Origin: a virus
Taxonomy: Duplodnaviria > Caudoviricetes
Reading direction: 5' to 3' (one strand)
Virus record (IMG/VR): IMGVR_UViG_3300027759_000043
Length of the DNA: 64,000 bases
A program made the position numbers and the translations under genes. The notes beneath the pieces are model-generated. The model had not been told where the DNA came from. It saw only the letters and a program-made list of their open reading frames with translations, and searched no databases. This document shows positions 29,085-39,315 of the stretch, one piece after another. Positions within the stretch are counted from its first letter, which is position 1. Every line of letters starts with the position of its first letter.

Positions 29085-30656
29085 ATGACCAAAACACTAG
29101 AAGGCGTACTGGTCAAAGCACCATACCGACGCCAAACGTTCTCTGATGATCAACTGCAGGAGTTTCTTGCCTGTGCCGATCCTCAAGACGGTCCTCACTA
29201 CTTTTTAGATCACTTCTTTTACATACAGCACCCCACACAGGGCAAGATGTTGTATCATCCGTTTTCTTATCAAAAGCGACTGATCGACACTTACCACAAC
29301 AACCGCTATAGCATAAGCATGATGCCGCGACAAACCGGCAAGTCCACATCAGCGGCTGGCTACATTCTCTGGTACGCCATGTTTGTGCCTGATTCCACTA
29401 TCCTTATTGCCGCACACAAGTACACAGGTGCCCAAGAGATCATGCAACGTATTCGCTTTGCTTATGAACTGTGCCCAGATCATATTCGAGCAGGTGTCAC
29501 CAGTTACAACAAAGGCTCCATAGACTTTGAAAACGGATCAAGAATTGTGTCAGCCACAACAACCGAAACAACTGGTCGTGGTATGAGTATTACTTTGCTG
29601 TACGCTGACGAGTTTGCGTTTGTGCGGCCCACTATTGCTACTGAGTTTTGGACCAGTATCTCCCCTACACTGGCCACAGGTGGTAAGGCCATTATCACAA
29701 GTACCCCCAACTCAGACGAAGATCAGTTTGCACTAATCTGGAAAGGTGCCAACAAGTGCATAGACGAGTTTGGCAACCCAACTGAACTGGGCATGAATGG
29801 ATTCCGAGCATTTAGAAGTTACTGGCAAGAGCACCCGGACCGTGACGAAGCCTGGGGTGAGAACATGCGGGCACAACTGGGTGATGATCGTTTCCGTCGA
29901 GAGATTGGTTGTGAGTTCATTATCAATGATGAAACACTTATTGCCCCGGCCAAGTTACTAGATTTAGAAAGTCGTGATCCTTGGAAACGTACAGGACATG
30001 TGCGTTGGTACGAAGCAATCAAACCCGACAGCATTTATGTTGTGGCACTAGACCCGTCATTAGGCACCGGAGGTGACCCTGCGGCCATACAGATATTTGA
30101 AGCCAACACCACACGTCAAGTGGGCGAGTGGACACACAACCGCACACCCATTCCAGAACAGATACGCATACTGTCGGACATCTGTAAGTACATCAACGAA
30201 ACTGTGCAAAACGACAAGAACATCTACTACAGCATCGAAAACAACACCATTGGCGAAGCAGGCTTGATCTCTATTGCAGAATTTGGTGAAGAAAACATAC
30301 AGGGTTACTTTTTGTCAGATCCACACATGAGCGGTAGTAACAGACGTATGCGCAAGGGCTTTAATACCACGCACAAAAGCAAACTGAGTGCCTGTGCCAA
30401 AGTTAAAAATCTAATAGAAACCAATAGAATGACTGTACACAGTGCGGCCTTGATAAGTGAACTCAAGACCTTTGTGGCTTCGGGCTTGAGTTTTGCCGCA
30501 AAAATAGGCGAAACAGATGACCTTGTGATGAGCATGCTATTAGCGGTGCGTATGATGCAGGTTTTACAGAGTTTTTATACAGAACTAGACAGTCAAATGA
30601 AGGATCACATGGACAACATAATTGAACCCATGCCTTTTATCTCTGTGATGCACTAA
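29085..30656 (+). CDS. gp17: Terminase large subunit (T4 gp17-like)
   Basis: MPRQTGKST Walker A, LYADEFAFV Walker B, ITSTPN, ALDPSLG, DDLVMS nuclease motifs. Confidence 0.95.
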   Translation: MTKTLEGVLVKAPYRRQTFSDDQLQEFLACADPQDGPHYFLDHFFYIQHPTQGKMLYHPFSYQKRLIDTYHNNRYSISMMPRQTGKSTSAAGYILWYAMFVPDSTILIAAHKYTGAQEIMQRIRFAYELCPDHIRAGVTSYNKGSIDFENGSRIVSATTTETTGRGMSITLLYADEFAFVRPTIATEFWTSISPTLATGGKAIITSTPNSDEDQFALIWKGANKCIDEFGNPTELGMNGFRAFRSYWQEHPDRDEAWGENMRAQLGDDRFRREIGCEFIINDETLIAPAKLLDLESRDPWKRTGHVRWYEAIKPDSIYVVALDPSLGTGGDPAAIQIFEANTTRQVGEWTHNRTPIPEQIRILSDICKYINETVQNDKNIYYSIENNTIGEAGLISIAEFGEENIQGYFLSDPHMSGSNRRMRKGFNTTHKSKLSACAKVKNLIETNRMTVHSAALISELKTFVASGLSFAAKIGETDDLVMSMLLAVRMMQVLQSFYTELDSQMKDHMDNIIEPMPFISVMH

Positions 30657-30666
30657 ATATAAAACT

Positions 30667-32457
30667 ATGGCAGCGAATACCCCCGGACAACAACTAAACG
30701 ATTTATTGGTCACTAGAAATTTTGACCCTGAAGCATTGGATGCACGAACTGGCAAGCCACCCTTGGACGATCAAGGTGCTCCTGATCCAGAAGCGGCTGA
30801 CATGTTCACATTTGACTGGGTAGCAGACTCGGGCAAAAACTACGGCACAGTTGTGTGCTTGATAGGTGCTGACAACAACTTTGAGGTTTACTTTGGCGAC
30901 AATCTGGGCCGCGGCATGGAGTTTGACGACAAGGCCGATTGGTACGAATTTCTGGATCAGTTGCGTAACTTTGCCAAGCGCAATTTATTACGCTATGACC
31001 TGCAGAATCTGCGTAGATTGAAATACACCATGGCCGGAATGGCCGCCATTAAAGAGGGCCTGTTTGAAGGCTACTATGGCAACCGAAAGGTAAGTTATGC
31101 TGGCGAGCCCACACAAGCCCGACTCCGGATCAAGCACAATCGCACACTAGGTGAAAACGATGCACGTTTCCGTTATGTGGAAAGTTTGTTTATTGAAACT
31201 GCCGAAGGCGAAGTGTTCAAAATGCCGTTCAAGAAATTAGCAGGCGGCAGAGCCATGCTGGAACATGTGCGTCACGGTGGCACACCTTATGATGCCCGTG
31301 GACAACACATTGTGGAAATAGTTGAACAGATCAATGTGCTATCACAGTTCCGCAGAGCACATCAAGGTCGAGTGTTTGAAGGTGCTGCCGGTGAACTGGT
31401 GGCAGAAACAACTGAATACCTGAATCGACTGCGTCACAACTTAAAAGCCGTGAGCAACGATCGCGGTTACACCCAATACTTTGAATCATGGAGCCCGGCC
31501 ACAGTGTCGGAATCAGATCTCATAGTGGAAGATTTAAAAAGCCTCTTTGTGGAAACACGTATCGATCCACGCATAGAGCAAGCATTGCCCATGTTGGCAA
31601 GAATACAAAAGGAAGCACTAGCCATGAAAGAAGCAGAAATATTTGAATCCTGGGCCAATCGTATCGTAGAAGGTACTTGGGCACTGCCAGAAACTCCTGA
31701 GCAACAAGATGAACTCAAAATGCTGATGAGTCAACCACTTGTGGCAGGTGCTGATGGCATGAATGCCACAGAACAACTGTATGGCTTGGTTGGCGATGAC
31801 GAGTTGTTTGACATCATTGGCGACATTGCTGTAGATCCTGATGCCAACATCTGGGACGATGAACGTGTGCAAAACCGCTTGGAAGAACTAGGCGTGTACA
31901 TGGTCACACCAGCAGAACCTGCTGTGGCCGCACCAGCCGCCGAAGCACCTCCTGTGGCCGAAAACGGTCCATACGACTTGCCAGGCAAGGATTATGATCG
32001 TCCGGGTGATGTAAAACGTAAACAACCTAGTGGTGAACACAATCCTTATCCTTATAGCAAGGAAGAGGATGATGATTACTTCCGTGAAATCTTCCGCAAG
32101 AAACGTGAAGCCAAAGACCAAGGCATGGCGGAAGGCCACCAAGCCCCGGCACCGGGATGGTATGTTACTCACGAACTAAGATCTGGCGATCCAGATATTG
32201 TCAAAGGCCCTTTTGCAAGCCAACAACAAGCACAAATGTGGATGAATGGTAACATTCCAGATGCAGATGATCCCAGCGAGCGGTATGAAATAACACAGAT
32301 GTTCGAAGGCGACAACCTGGCCACATTTGAAGAGGCCCAGTGCAACCAAACCATGGAAGGTGAATACTGCCCAGAACACGGCCTGGCCGAGTGCGGCAAC
32401 TACAGCATGTACGAATCAGAATTGGCAAGATTAAAATCATTGGCTTTGCTCAAATGA
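30667..32457 (+). CDS. Hypothetical 596-aa protein (late promoter, possibly head-associated)
   Basis: TAAATA at 30654; acidic C-terminal half, CPEHGLAECG. Confidence 0.7.
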   Translation: MAANTPGQQLNDLLVTRNFDPEALDARTGKPPLDDQGAPDPEAADMFTFDWVADSGKNYGTVVCLIGADNNFEVYFGDNLGRGMEFDDKADWYEFLDQLRNFAKRNLLRYDLQNLRRLKYTMAGMAAIKEGLFEGYYGNRKVSYAGEPTQARLRIKHNRTLGENDARFRYVESLFIETAEGEVFKMPFKKLAGGRAMLEHVRHGGTPYDARGQHIVEIVEQINVLSQFRRAHQGRVFEGAAGELVAETTEYLNRLRHNLKAVSNDRGYTQYFESWSPATVSESDLIVEDLKSLFVETRIDPRIEQALPMLARIQKEALAMKEAEIFESWANRIVEGTWALPETPEQQDELKMLMSQPLVAGADGMNATEQLYGLVGDDELFDIIGDIAVDPDANIWDDERVQNRLEELGVYMVTPAEPAVAAPAAEAPPVAENGPYDLPGKDYDRPGDVKRKQPSGEHNPYPYSKEEDDDYFREIFRKKREAKDQGMAEGHQAPAPGWYVTHELRSGDPDIVKGPFASQQQAQMWMNGNIPDADDPSERYEITQMFEGDNLATFEEAQCNQTMEGEYCPEHGLAECGNYSMYESELARLKSLALLK

Positions 32458-32468
32458 GATAAATAAAC

Positions 32469-32497
32469 TTGACACAGCAGACTAAAGCGCATATACT
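32469..32497 (+). promoter_or_regulatory. Sigma70-type promoter for gp32 (late motif TAAATA just upstream at 32460)
   Basis: TTGACA-17 nt-TATACT. Confidence 0.75.
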
Positions 32498-32596
32498 ACT
32501 ACTGTGTTTGCGCTTTTTCTTTTGTGGCACAGGCAACAATTGATCTAAGTAATTAGATAGGCAACATACATAGGCAACTTAACAAGGAGAAAAACT

Positions 32597-33598
32597 ATGG
32601 CATCATTATCAGAAATTCGAGCAAGACTACAGGCAGCAGAAAACAAAGGTGGGCAATCCACTGAACGCGGTGATAATTCAATTTACCCGCACTGGAACAT
32701 GGAAGAAGGCCAATCGGCTACACTACGCTTCCTCCCTGATGGTAACTCTAAAAATACTTTCTTTTGGCAAGAACGAGCAATGATTCGTTTACCTTTCAAC
32801 GGTATCAAAGGAGAGATGGAATCCAAACAAGTTATGGTACAAGTACCTTGCGTGGAGATGTGGCAGGAAGCCTGCCCAATCTTGGCAGAAGTACGCACCT
32901 GGTTCAAGGACAAGAGCCTTGAAGACATGGGTCGTAAGTATTGGAAGAAACGCAGTTACATCTTCCAAGGTTTCGTTCGCGAAAACCCCTTGAGCGACGA
33001 CAAAACACCAGAGAATCCAATTCGCAGATTCATCATTGGTCCACAAATCTTTACAACTATCAAAGGCGCCTTGATGGATCCTGAACTGGAAGAATTGCCA
33101 ACAGACTACCTGCGTGGTCTGGACTTCCGCATTAGCAAAGGTGCCAAAGGTGGTTTTGCTGACTACAATGGTTCAAAGTGGGCACGTAAAGAGTCAGCAC
33201 TCACAGAAGCAGAACAAGCCGCAGTTGATGCACATGGTTTGTTTGACTTGAGCACATTCTTGCCCAAGAAGCCCACAGACGTTGAGTTGAAAGTTATCAA
33301 AGAGATGTTCGAAGCATCGGTTGATGGCCAACCATACGACACCGAGCGTTGGGGCCAATACTTCCGTCCTGCTGGTGTGCAAGCACCTGCTGGTGGATCC
33401 GCTCCAGCAATGGCAGTAGATGGTCATAGCGATGTTCATGAAGTAGCGGTCAAGCCTGCACTCAAAGTAGTAACACCTGCAAGTGACTTTGATGAAGATG
33501 ATGCTCCTGTGGCAACTGCTCCTGTGGCAAAACCTGCTGGTGGTGGACAAAAGGCCGAAGACATTTTGGCCATGATTCGCGCACGTCAACAGAAGTAA
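32597..33598 (+). CDS. gp32: Single-stranded DNA-binding protein (T4 gp32-like)
   Basis: LRFLPDG, VPCVEMW..ACPI, YWKKRSY, IIGPQIF, DFRISK...FADYNGSKW. SD aaggag. Confidence 0.9.
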   Translation: MASLSEIRARLQAAENKGGQSTERGDNSIYPHWNMEEGQSATLRFLPDGNSKNTFFWQERAMIRLPFNGIKGEMESKQVMVQVPCVEMWQEACPILAEVRTWFKDKSLEDMGRKYWKKRSYIFQGFVRENPLSDDKTPENPIRRFIIGPQIFTTIKGALMDPELEELPTDYLRGLDFRISKGAKGGFADYNGSKWARKESALTEAEQAAVDAHGLFDLSTFLPKKPTDVELKVIKEMFEASVDGQPYDTERWGQYFRPAGVQAPAGGSAPAMAVDGHSDVHEVAVKPALKVVTPASDFDEDDAPVATAPVAKPAGGGQKAEDILAMIRARQQK

Positions 33599-34221
33599 TG
33601 CGAACTGCTCTGGACACAGAGTTATTTCCAGATCTATGTGAAGTGGTAGAAATGCCACTTCACAATCAATGGGTTTATCTAATTCAGAAAAACGGAAACA
33701 GCAGTTTAAGACTTCAGCAGACAAGAGATAATCTTGCTGTGTTTACCAATGAAGGGATTCGGGCACTTGATTATGTGGATGTCTATATACGCAACCCCCG
33801 AGCCAGATATGTCAGTGGAGTTAACACATACCTGCAACATCTTCAACGCGATCACCCTGAGTTAGATTCTTCTACCGCATTTTGGTTTGCCAAACGATAC
33901 AAATTTTTAAACACACATTACTTGCCGCAGTTTTACTGGTTGGCAAATCTTGCCCGTTACTTGCATAGAGATGCAAAAATACGCATTAGAGATTTCAACG
34001 ATTTTAAAAAAATTACAGATTTTCAAGATCGTGCTAAAGTAGTCCCGCCCTCAAAAGAATTTGTTGACATGTTGTTGAATGGCAATGACATTGCATTATG
34101 GCTGTATTTAGACCAAATACTGCTAGATCAAGTAGGAAAACAGTTTACTTGGACAGAGTTGTTGGATCATTATCAACATAATCATAAAAATATTATAGAC
34201 CATGTATTGCCCAAGACTTGA
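33598..34221 (+). CDS. Sulfotransferase family 2-like protein
   Basis: LIQKNGNSSL (5'-PSB-like), IRNPRARYVSG (3'-PB-like), THYLPQ. Confidence 0.6.
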   Translation: MRTALDTELFPDLCEVVEMPLHNQWVYLIQKNGNSSLRLQQTRDNLAVFTNEGIRALDYVDVYIRNPRARYVSGVNTYLQHLQRDHPELDSSTAFWFAKRYKFLNTHYLPQFYWLANLARYLHRDAKIRIRDFNDFKKITDFQDRAKVVPPSKEFVDMLLNGNDIALWLYLDQILLDQVGKQFTWTELLDHYQHNHKNIIDHVLPKT

Positions 34222-35167
34222 CCACTTTGTGAGATTCAATCCCAATGGCACACTTGGCCGATGCGGCCACATGGTCAACCCACCGCAGTTTAATTCAATA
34301 GAGCAAATGGATTCTAGTAACTGGCTGGCCGATATCAAAAGCAAACCGGATACTTGGCCAAAAGAATGCATACGATGTCAACAAACAGAACAAATAAACA
34401 ACACAAGTATAAGACTCAATGCTATAGAGTTTGATAAAAAACAAACACGCTCTGACTACCTAACTGTGGGCGGTGTACTAGACAACATTTGCAACAGTGC
34501 TTGCCAATCATGCAACGCACAGTTAAGTACAAAAATAGGCAGTTTGATATCTCAAAATTATCCAAATATAGATAACTCAAAGGCTTTTTGGCAATTGCCA
34601 TTGGCTCGAGTGGTGCATTTGGACATTAATGGTGGTGAACCCAGTGCCAGCAAAAACTATCGTAACATACTTAAAAATATCCCGCCATCGGTGGCTAGTG
34701 TTAGAATTAATACCAATTGTTCAATAGTCATTCCTGAAATTCAGGAACTTTTAAATCGTGGCATACACGTCATAGTTACAGTCAGCCTGGATGGAATTGG
34801 TCGCACACATGACTATGTGCGTTGGCCAATCAAGTGGAAAAACTTCGAACGCAATCTTGCTATATACAAAAGCATGGGTATCCAGGAGTTAAACACATGG
34901 ACTACAGTTAGTGCATTGAACATAGGTGATTTGAAAAATATTTTTGCATACACAAAGGATCAAGGAATTGACCATTCATGGGCCTTGTTAGAACAACCTG
35001 ATGTTTTAAACATCAAGTATAGCAATCACCTGACCAGAACAGCAGATGTTCCTAATGAACTAAATGCTATTGTGGCTCAAGATAAAGACAACACTGTAGA
35101 ACTACAGTTATGGACACACAGTCAAGATCAATTGCGTAGTATTAAACTTTGGGATTATTATAAATGA
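34202..35167 (+). CDS. Radical SAM protein with N-terminal twitch/SPASM-like domain
   Basis: CNSACQSC; INGGEP; N-terminal CPRL...NPNG..GRC...CIRC. Confidence 0.85.
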   Translation: MYCPRLDHFVRFNPNGTLGRCGHMVNPPQFNSIEQMDSSNWLADIKSKPDTWPKECIRCQQTEQINNTSIRLNAIEFDKKQTRSDYLTVGGVLDNICNSACQSCNAQLSTKIGSLISQNYPNIDNSKAFWQLPLARVVHLDINGGEPSASKNYRNILKNIPPSVASVRINTNCSIVIPEIQELLNRGIHVIVTVSLDGIGRTHDYVRWPIKWKNFERNLAIYKSMGIQELNTWTTVSALNIGDLKNIFAYTKDQGIDHSWALLEQPDVLNIKYSNHLTRTADVPNELNAIVAQDKDNTVELQLWTHSQDQLRSIKLWDYYK

Positions 35168-35709
35168 AAATAGCGATCACAGGCGGCACAGCCGGAATAG
35201 GACAAGCATTAGGCAATGAATACGAAAGTCGTGGACACGAGGTTTTAAGATTGAGTAGACGCACGGGGCACAATATACGCTCAATACCTAAAATTGCAGA
35301 TCAAATTGAATCTTGTGATATATTTGTCAACAATGCACAAGCAGGATTTACTCAGACTGAACTACTTTTTGAAATGGCTGGTCGTTGGGCTGATACCGGA
35401 AAGCGTATCATGGTAATCAGCACTATGATGACTCAATATCCGGTGAGTGTGTTGCCTGGATTAGACATGAATGCCTACAGAATTCAAAAGGTTGCTCTTG
35501 AAGAGGCAGTGAAACAAATACGCCATCAACAACTAGGAATCAAAATTACCATTGTGCGGCCAGGCAATATAGCCACCAGCAGTGATAAAACAGTTCCACC
35601 TGCGGCAGATGTAGATACTTGGGCCTCGGTATTAATAAAGACATTAGAAATGGCTCAAGCCAATAATTTAACTATTCCAGACATATCGTTGGGACCAGCG
35701 TTAAAATGA
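35164..35709 (+). CDS. Short-chain dehydrogenase/reductase (short, 181 aa)
   Basis: ITGGTAGIG, FVNNA, YRIQK (YxxxK), VRPG. Confidence 0.85.
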   Translation: MKIAITGGTAGIGQALGNEYESRGHEVLRLSRRTGHNIRSIPKIADQIESCDIFVNNAQAGFTQTELLFEMAGRWADTGKRIMVISTMMTQYPVSVLPGLDMNAYRIQKVALEEAVKQIRHQQLGIKITIVRPGNIATSSDKTVPPAADVDTWASVLIKTLEMAQANNLTIPDISLGPALK

Positions 35710-36857
35710 CACCCCGAGATATGTTGACCAATCCATACTTCTGTCCGATGCCTTGGACCGGACTAATGTATAACTTTGATGGCCAAGTTAAGAATTGTAT
35801 CCGTAGTGCTGGACCACTTGGTAATATCAAAGACCAACCCATTGAACAAATACTAGTTAATAACAATCAATTTAGGCAACAACAAATTGTTGATCAACAA
35901 CCTGTAGAAACTTGTCATACTTGTTACAAACTAGAACGTAGTAAAAAAGGATTTGATCATATTAGTGACCGTGTGTTTTACATACGAGAGTTAAAAAATG
36001 TACCAACGAATACATATCAAATCAATAACTTTGATTTACAAACAATTGATGTGCGTTGGTCCAATTTGTGTAATTTTGCTTGTGTATATTGCGGTCCTGA
36101 GTTTAGTAGTAAGTGGAGTGACGAATTAAAAATTCGTCACGCGGTGCCTTCGTATCAGCAGTTGACTGATTTTAAAAATTACATATATGATCACGCCGAC
36201 CAACTCAAACATGTGTATCTAGCAGGTGGCGAGCCTTTATTGATGAAAGAAAATTTAGCCTTATTGGAAAAACTAGATACCAATACAAATATCAGGATAA
36301 ACACTAATCTAAGCAAAGTTGACACTCAAGTATTTGATGCTGTTTGCAGATTTCAAAATGTACATTGGACTGTGAGTGTAGAAACTCTGGCAGAAGAATT
36401 TGAATACATACGCTATGGTGGATCTTGGATAGATTTTTTGGATAACCTAGCAATAATCAAGCAATTAAATCACAAGATATCATTTAACATGTTGCATTTC
36501 TTGTTGAACTACAACTCCATATTTGACTGTGTGGACTTTTTGAAGCAATTGGGATTTCACAACAACAGTTTTATAATTGGTGCCTTGCTATCACCTGAAT
36601 ACCTAAATATTAGACATTTGCCTGAAAATGTGTTAAACTCTGTAAAGAGTAAATTGCAGGATAGAATCAACCAAAAACCTGGTTATCTACTTGAAGACAG
36701 TTATAGAAATATGCTACACTACCTTGATATTCCGTTTGAGAAAAATATCATGCAATCAATTGATAAAATATCAGAATTGGATCGGCGTAGAGGCATAGAC
36801 AGCCGGACAATTTTTAAAGATTTATATAAGGACATAGACCATGGGAAAACCATTTGA
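35706..36857 (+). CDS. Radical SAM protein with N-terminal twitch/SPASM-like domain
   Basis: CPMPW...CIR...CHTC; CNFACVYC; LAGGEPLL; INTN. Confidence 0.9.
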   Translation: MTPRDMLTNPYFCPMPWTGLMYNFDGQVKNCIRSAGPLGNIKDQPIEQILVNNNQFRQQQIVDQQPVETCHTCYKLERSKKGFDHISDRVFYIRELKNVPTNTYQINNFDLQTIDVRWSNLCNFACVYCGPEFSSKWSDELKIRHAVPSYQQLTDFKNYIYDHADQLKHVYLAGGEPLLMKENLALLEKLDTNTNIRINTNLSKVDTQVFDAVCRFQNVHWTVSVETLAEEFEYIRYGGSWIDFLDNLAIIKQLNHKISFNMLHFLLNYNSIFDCVDFLKQLGFHNNSFIIGALLSPEYLNIRHLPENVLNSVKSKLQDRINQKPGYLLEDSYRNMLHYLDIPFEKNIMQSIDKISELDRRRGIDSRTIFKDLYKDIDHGKTI

Positions 36858-37899
36858 CGTAAGCAAGTTCCGCAAGGAAATTACCAAAAGCATTGACGGA
36901 CTGTCAATTGGCTTTAATGATCCAACTGATTGGATCAGTACAGGCAACTACGCCTTAAACTACCTGATCTCAGGAGACTTTAATCGTGGTATTCCACTGG
37001 GCAAAGTCACTGTGTTTGCCGGTGATTCTGGAGCAGGCAAAAGTTATATATGTTCAGGAAACATTGTAAAGAATGCACAAGATCAAGGCATCTTTGTGGT
37101 ACTGATTGACAGTGAAAACGCACTTGATGAAGACTGGCTTAAAGCACTGGGAGTTGACACAAGCGATAGCAAACTGCTCAAGTTAAGTATGGCCATGATT
37201 GATGATGTGGCCAAAACAATCTCCACATTCATGAGTGACTACAAAGCACTTGCTGAGGGAGAGCGTCCCAAGGTTATGTTTGTGATTGACAGTCTAGGTA
37301 TGTTGTTGACACCCACAGACGTGAATCAATTTGATGCAGGCGAAATGAAGGGTGACTTGGGTCGTAAACCCAAAGCACTCACTGCACTGGTGCGGAATTG
37401 TGTAAACATGTTTGGTAGTTACAACGTGGGCCTGGTTTGTACCAATCACACATACGCAAGTCAGGACATGTTTGACCCTGATGACAAGATTTCGGGCGGT
37501 CAAGGCTTTATCTATGCATCAAGTATTGTGGTTGCCATGAAGAAGATGAAACTCAAAGAAGATGAAGATGGCAACAAAGTGTCAGACGTAAACGGTATTC
37601 GTGCCGGATGTAAAGTTATGAAAACACGTTATGCCAAACCCTTTGAAGGTGTGCAGGTCAAGATTCCTTACACAACAGGTATGAGCCCTTATTCTGGATT
37701 GGTTGACTTGATTGAAAAGAAAGAAATGCTCAAGCGTGAAGGCAACAGTCTAGTGTTTACCACCAGTGAGGGCGAAGTGATTAAGAAGTTCCGCAAAGCA
37801 TGGGAAAAGAACGATGATTCGTGTTTGGACAAAGTCATGGCAGACTTTGGAAATCAGAAAGCCGAGGTAAGTACTCCGGAGGAAACAACTGATGAGTGA
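36841..37899 (+). CDS. uvsX: RecA/UvsX recombinase
   Basis: ISTGNYALN, AGDSGAGKS, IDSENALD, VIDSLGML, TNHTY, GGQG. Confidence 0.95.
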   Translation: MGKPFDVSKFRKEITKSIDGLSIGFNDPTDWISTGNYALNYLISGDFNRGIPLGKVTVFAGDSGAGKSYICSGNIVKNAQDQGIFVVLIDSENALDEDWLKALGVDTSDSKLLKLSMAMIDDVAKTISTFMSDYKALAEGERPKVMFVIDSLGMLLTPTDVNQFDAGEMKGDLGRKPKALTALVRNCVNMFGSYNVGLVCTNHTYASQDMFDPDDKISGGQGFIYASSIVVAMKKMKLKEDEDGNKVSDVNGIRAGCKVMKTRYAKPFEGVQVKIPYTTGMSPYSGLVDLIEKKEMLKREGNSLVFTTSEGEVIKKFRKAWEKNDDSCLDKVMADFGNQKAEVSTPEETTDE

Positions 37900-38155
37900 A
37901 GCAATAGCCAGTGAAATTTGGGGAGAACTCAAGCGTTTTGTAAACACGGTGGATCGTGCCGAAGCCGCAGAAACTGTGATACAAATCTTGATGGACAATG
38001 ATTCAGACGTGGAAGACATTCGCACGGCATTCAAAGGAGATACAGACATCAAACGTGCGTTGACTGCATACCTTGACAACGACAAGGACTATGTGGAAGA
38101 CGAAGAGGAAGAGTTTGACGAAGAGGAAGACGAAGACGAGGACTGGGAAAACTAA
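37892..38155 (+). CDS. Small acidic hypothetical protein
   Basis: 87 aa ending DYVEDEEEEFDEEEDEDEDWEN. Confidence 0.75.
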   Translation: MSEAIASEIWGELKRFVNTVDRAEAAETVIQILMDNDSDVEDIRTAFKGDTDIKRALTAYLDNDKDYVEDEEEEFDEEEDEDEDWEN

Positions 38156-39315
38156 TGACTGGCAAATCGACTGATTTTTATTGCAGTCAGAAGTTTACCT
38201 GGCTATCCGTAGATCTAGAAAAAAGACTAACGTATTCGTGCTGTAAAGCATACCCAGAAAAAATCAATTTATCTTGGCTTAAAAATAATCCTGGACAAAT
38301 ATTCAATACCGAATTGCTAAAGGCCGAAAGACAAAGTATGCTGGACAACATTCCAGTTGAAAGTTGTCGCACTGCATGTTGGATTCCAGAGAGCCAAGGG
38401 TTCACAAGTCGCAGACTGCAACTTGGCCAAGAAAAAACTCACAGCGGCATTGACGCTCAACCCGAAACTTTGAATATTATACTAGGATCCAGTTGTAATC
38501 TGACTTGTTCTTATTGTTGTAAACAATATAGCACTTCGTGGCTGCAAGATATAAAAAACAATGGCGCATATCTTGACTCTAATAGATTTAAACTGCTACC
38601 AATTGACCATGTATTGTTAAAAGTCAGTCAACAAGAACACGAAAATACTGATGCGTTTTTGATGCTACTGGACGAAATAAAACAATTTAACAATCTCAAA
38701 AGAGTTATTATAACCGGCGGCGAACCTTTTTTATACAATAACTTGTTTACGCTTTTGGAAAAAACACCGCCTTCGGTAGAAATTGTGTTGTACACTGGCC
38801 TAGGTGTTAATCACTCTCGATTAATCAAGCAAATCAACAAAATCAAACACATACCCAATTTAAAAATTATTGTCAGTGCAGAGAATGTTGATAATTTCTA
38901 CGAGTTCAATCGACACGGCAACACTTACCAAAATTTTGAAAGTAACTTGCAATTGCTGATTGATTCTGGGTTTATAATAACTTTTTTGTCTATAATTAGC
39001 AATCTCACTGTCTTTGGATTGACGGAATTTGCCAACAAATATGAACATTTTAATATAGATTATGATTATTGTCATGATCCAGATTATCTAGGCGTTCATG
39101 TGTTGGATGATATTAGCAAAGAAAAATTAATACAATCACTCCAGTCCAGCAACATTGCAGTCAAAAATGAAATTATTCAATCTTTGTCAATTGATTGTAC
39201 ACAAGAACAACAAAAAAATTGTTCTATATTTGTTAAAGAATTTGCTAGTCGTAGAAATTTAGATCTTAAAATTTTTCCCAACAGTATGTTACAATGGTTA
39301 GAACATGTGGTATAG
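38155..39315 (+). CDS. Radical SAM protein with N-terminal twitch/SPASM-like domain
   Basis: CSQKF...SCC...CRTAC; CNLTCSYC; ITGGEPFL. Confidence 0.9.
   Translation: MTGKSTDFYCSQKFTWLSVDLEKRLTYSCCKAYPEKINLSWLKNNPGQIFNTELLKAERQSMLDNIPVESCRTACWIPESQGFTSRRLQLGQEKTHSGIDAQPETLNIILGSSCNLTCSYCCKQYSTSWLQDIKNNGAYLDSNRFKLLPIDHVLLKVSQQEHENTDAFLMLLDEIKQFNNLKRVIITGGEPFLYNNLFTLLEKTPPSVEIVLYTGLGVNHSRLIKQINKIKHIPNLKIIVSAENVDNFYEFNRHGNTYQNFESNLQLLIDSGFIITFLSIISNLTVFGLTEFANKYEHFNIDYDYCHDPDYLGVHVLDDISKEKLIQSLQSSNIAVKNEIIQSLSIDCTQEQQKNCSIFVKEFASRRNLDLKIFPNSMLQWLEHVV

Noticed and set aside
29085-30656. Intron or intein in terminase, helicases or UvsX
   Set aside because: Lengths are normal and motifs contiguous; no splicing or homing-endonuclease insert is evident.
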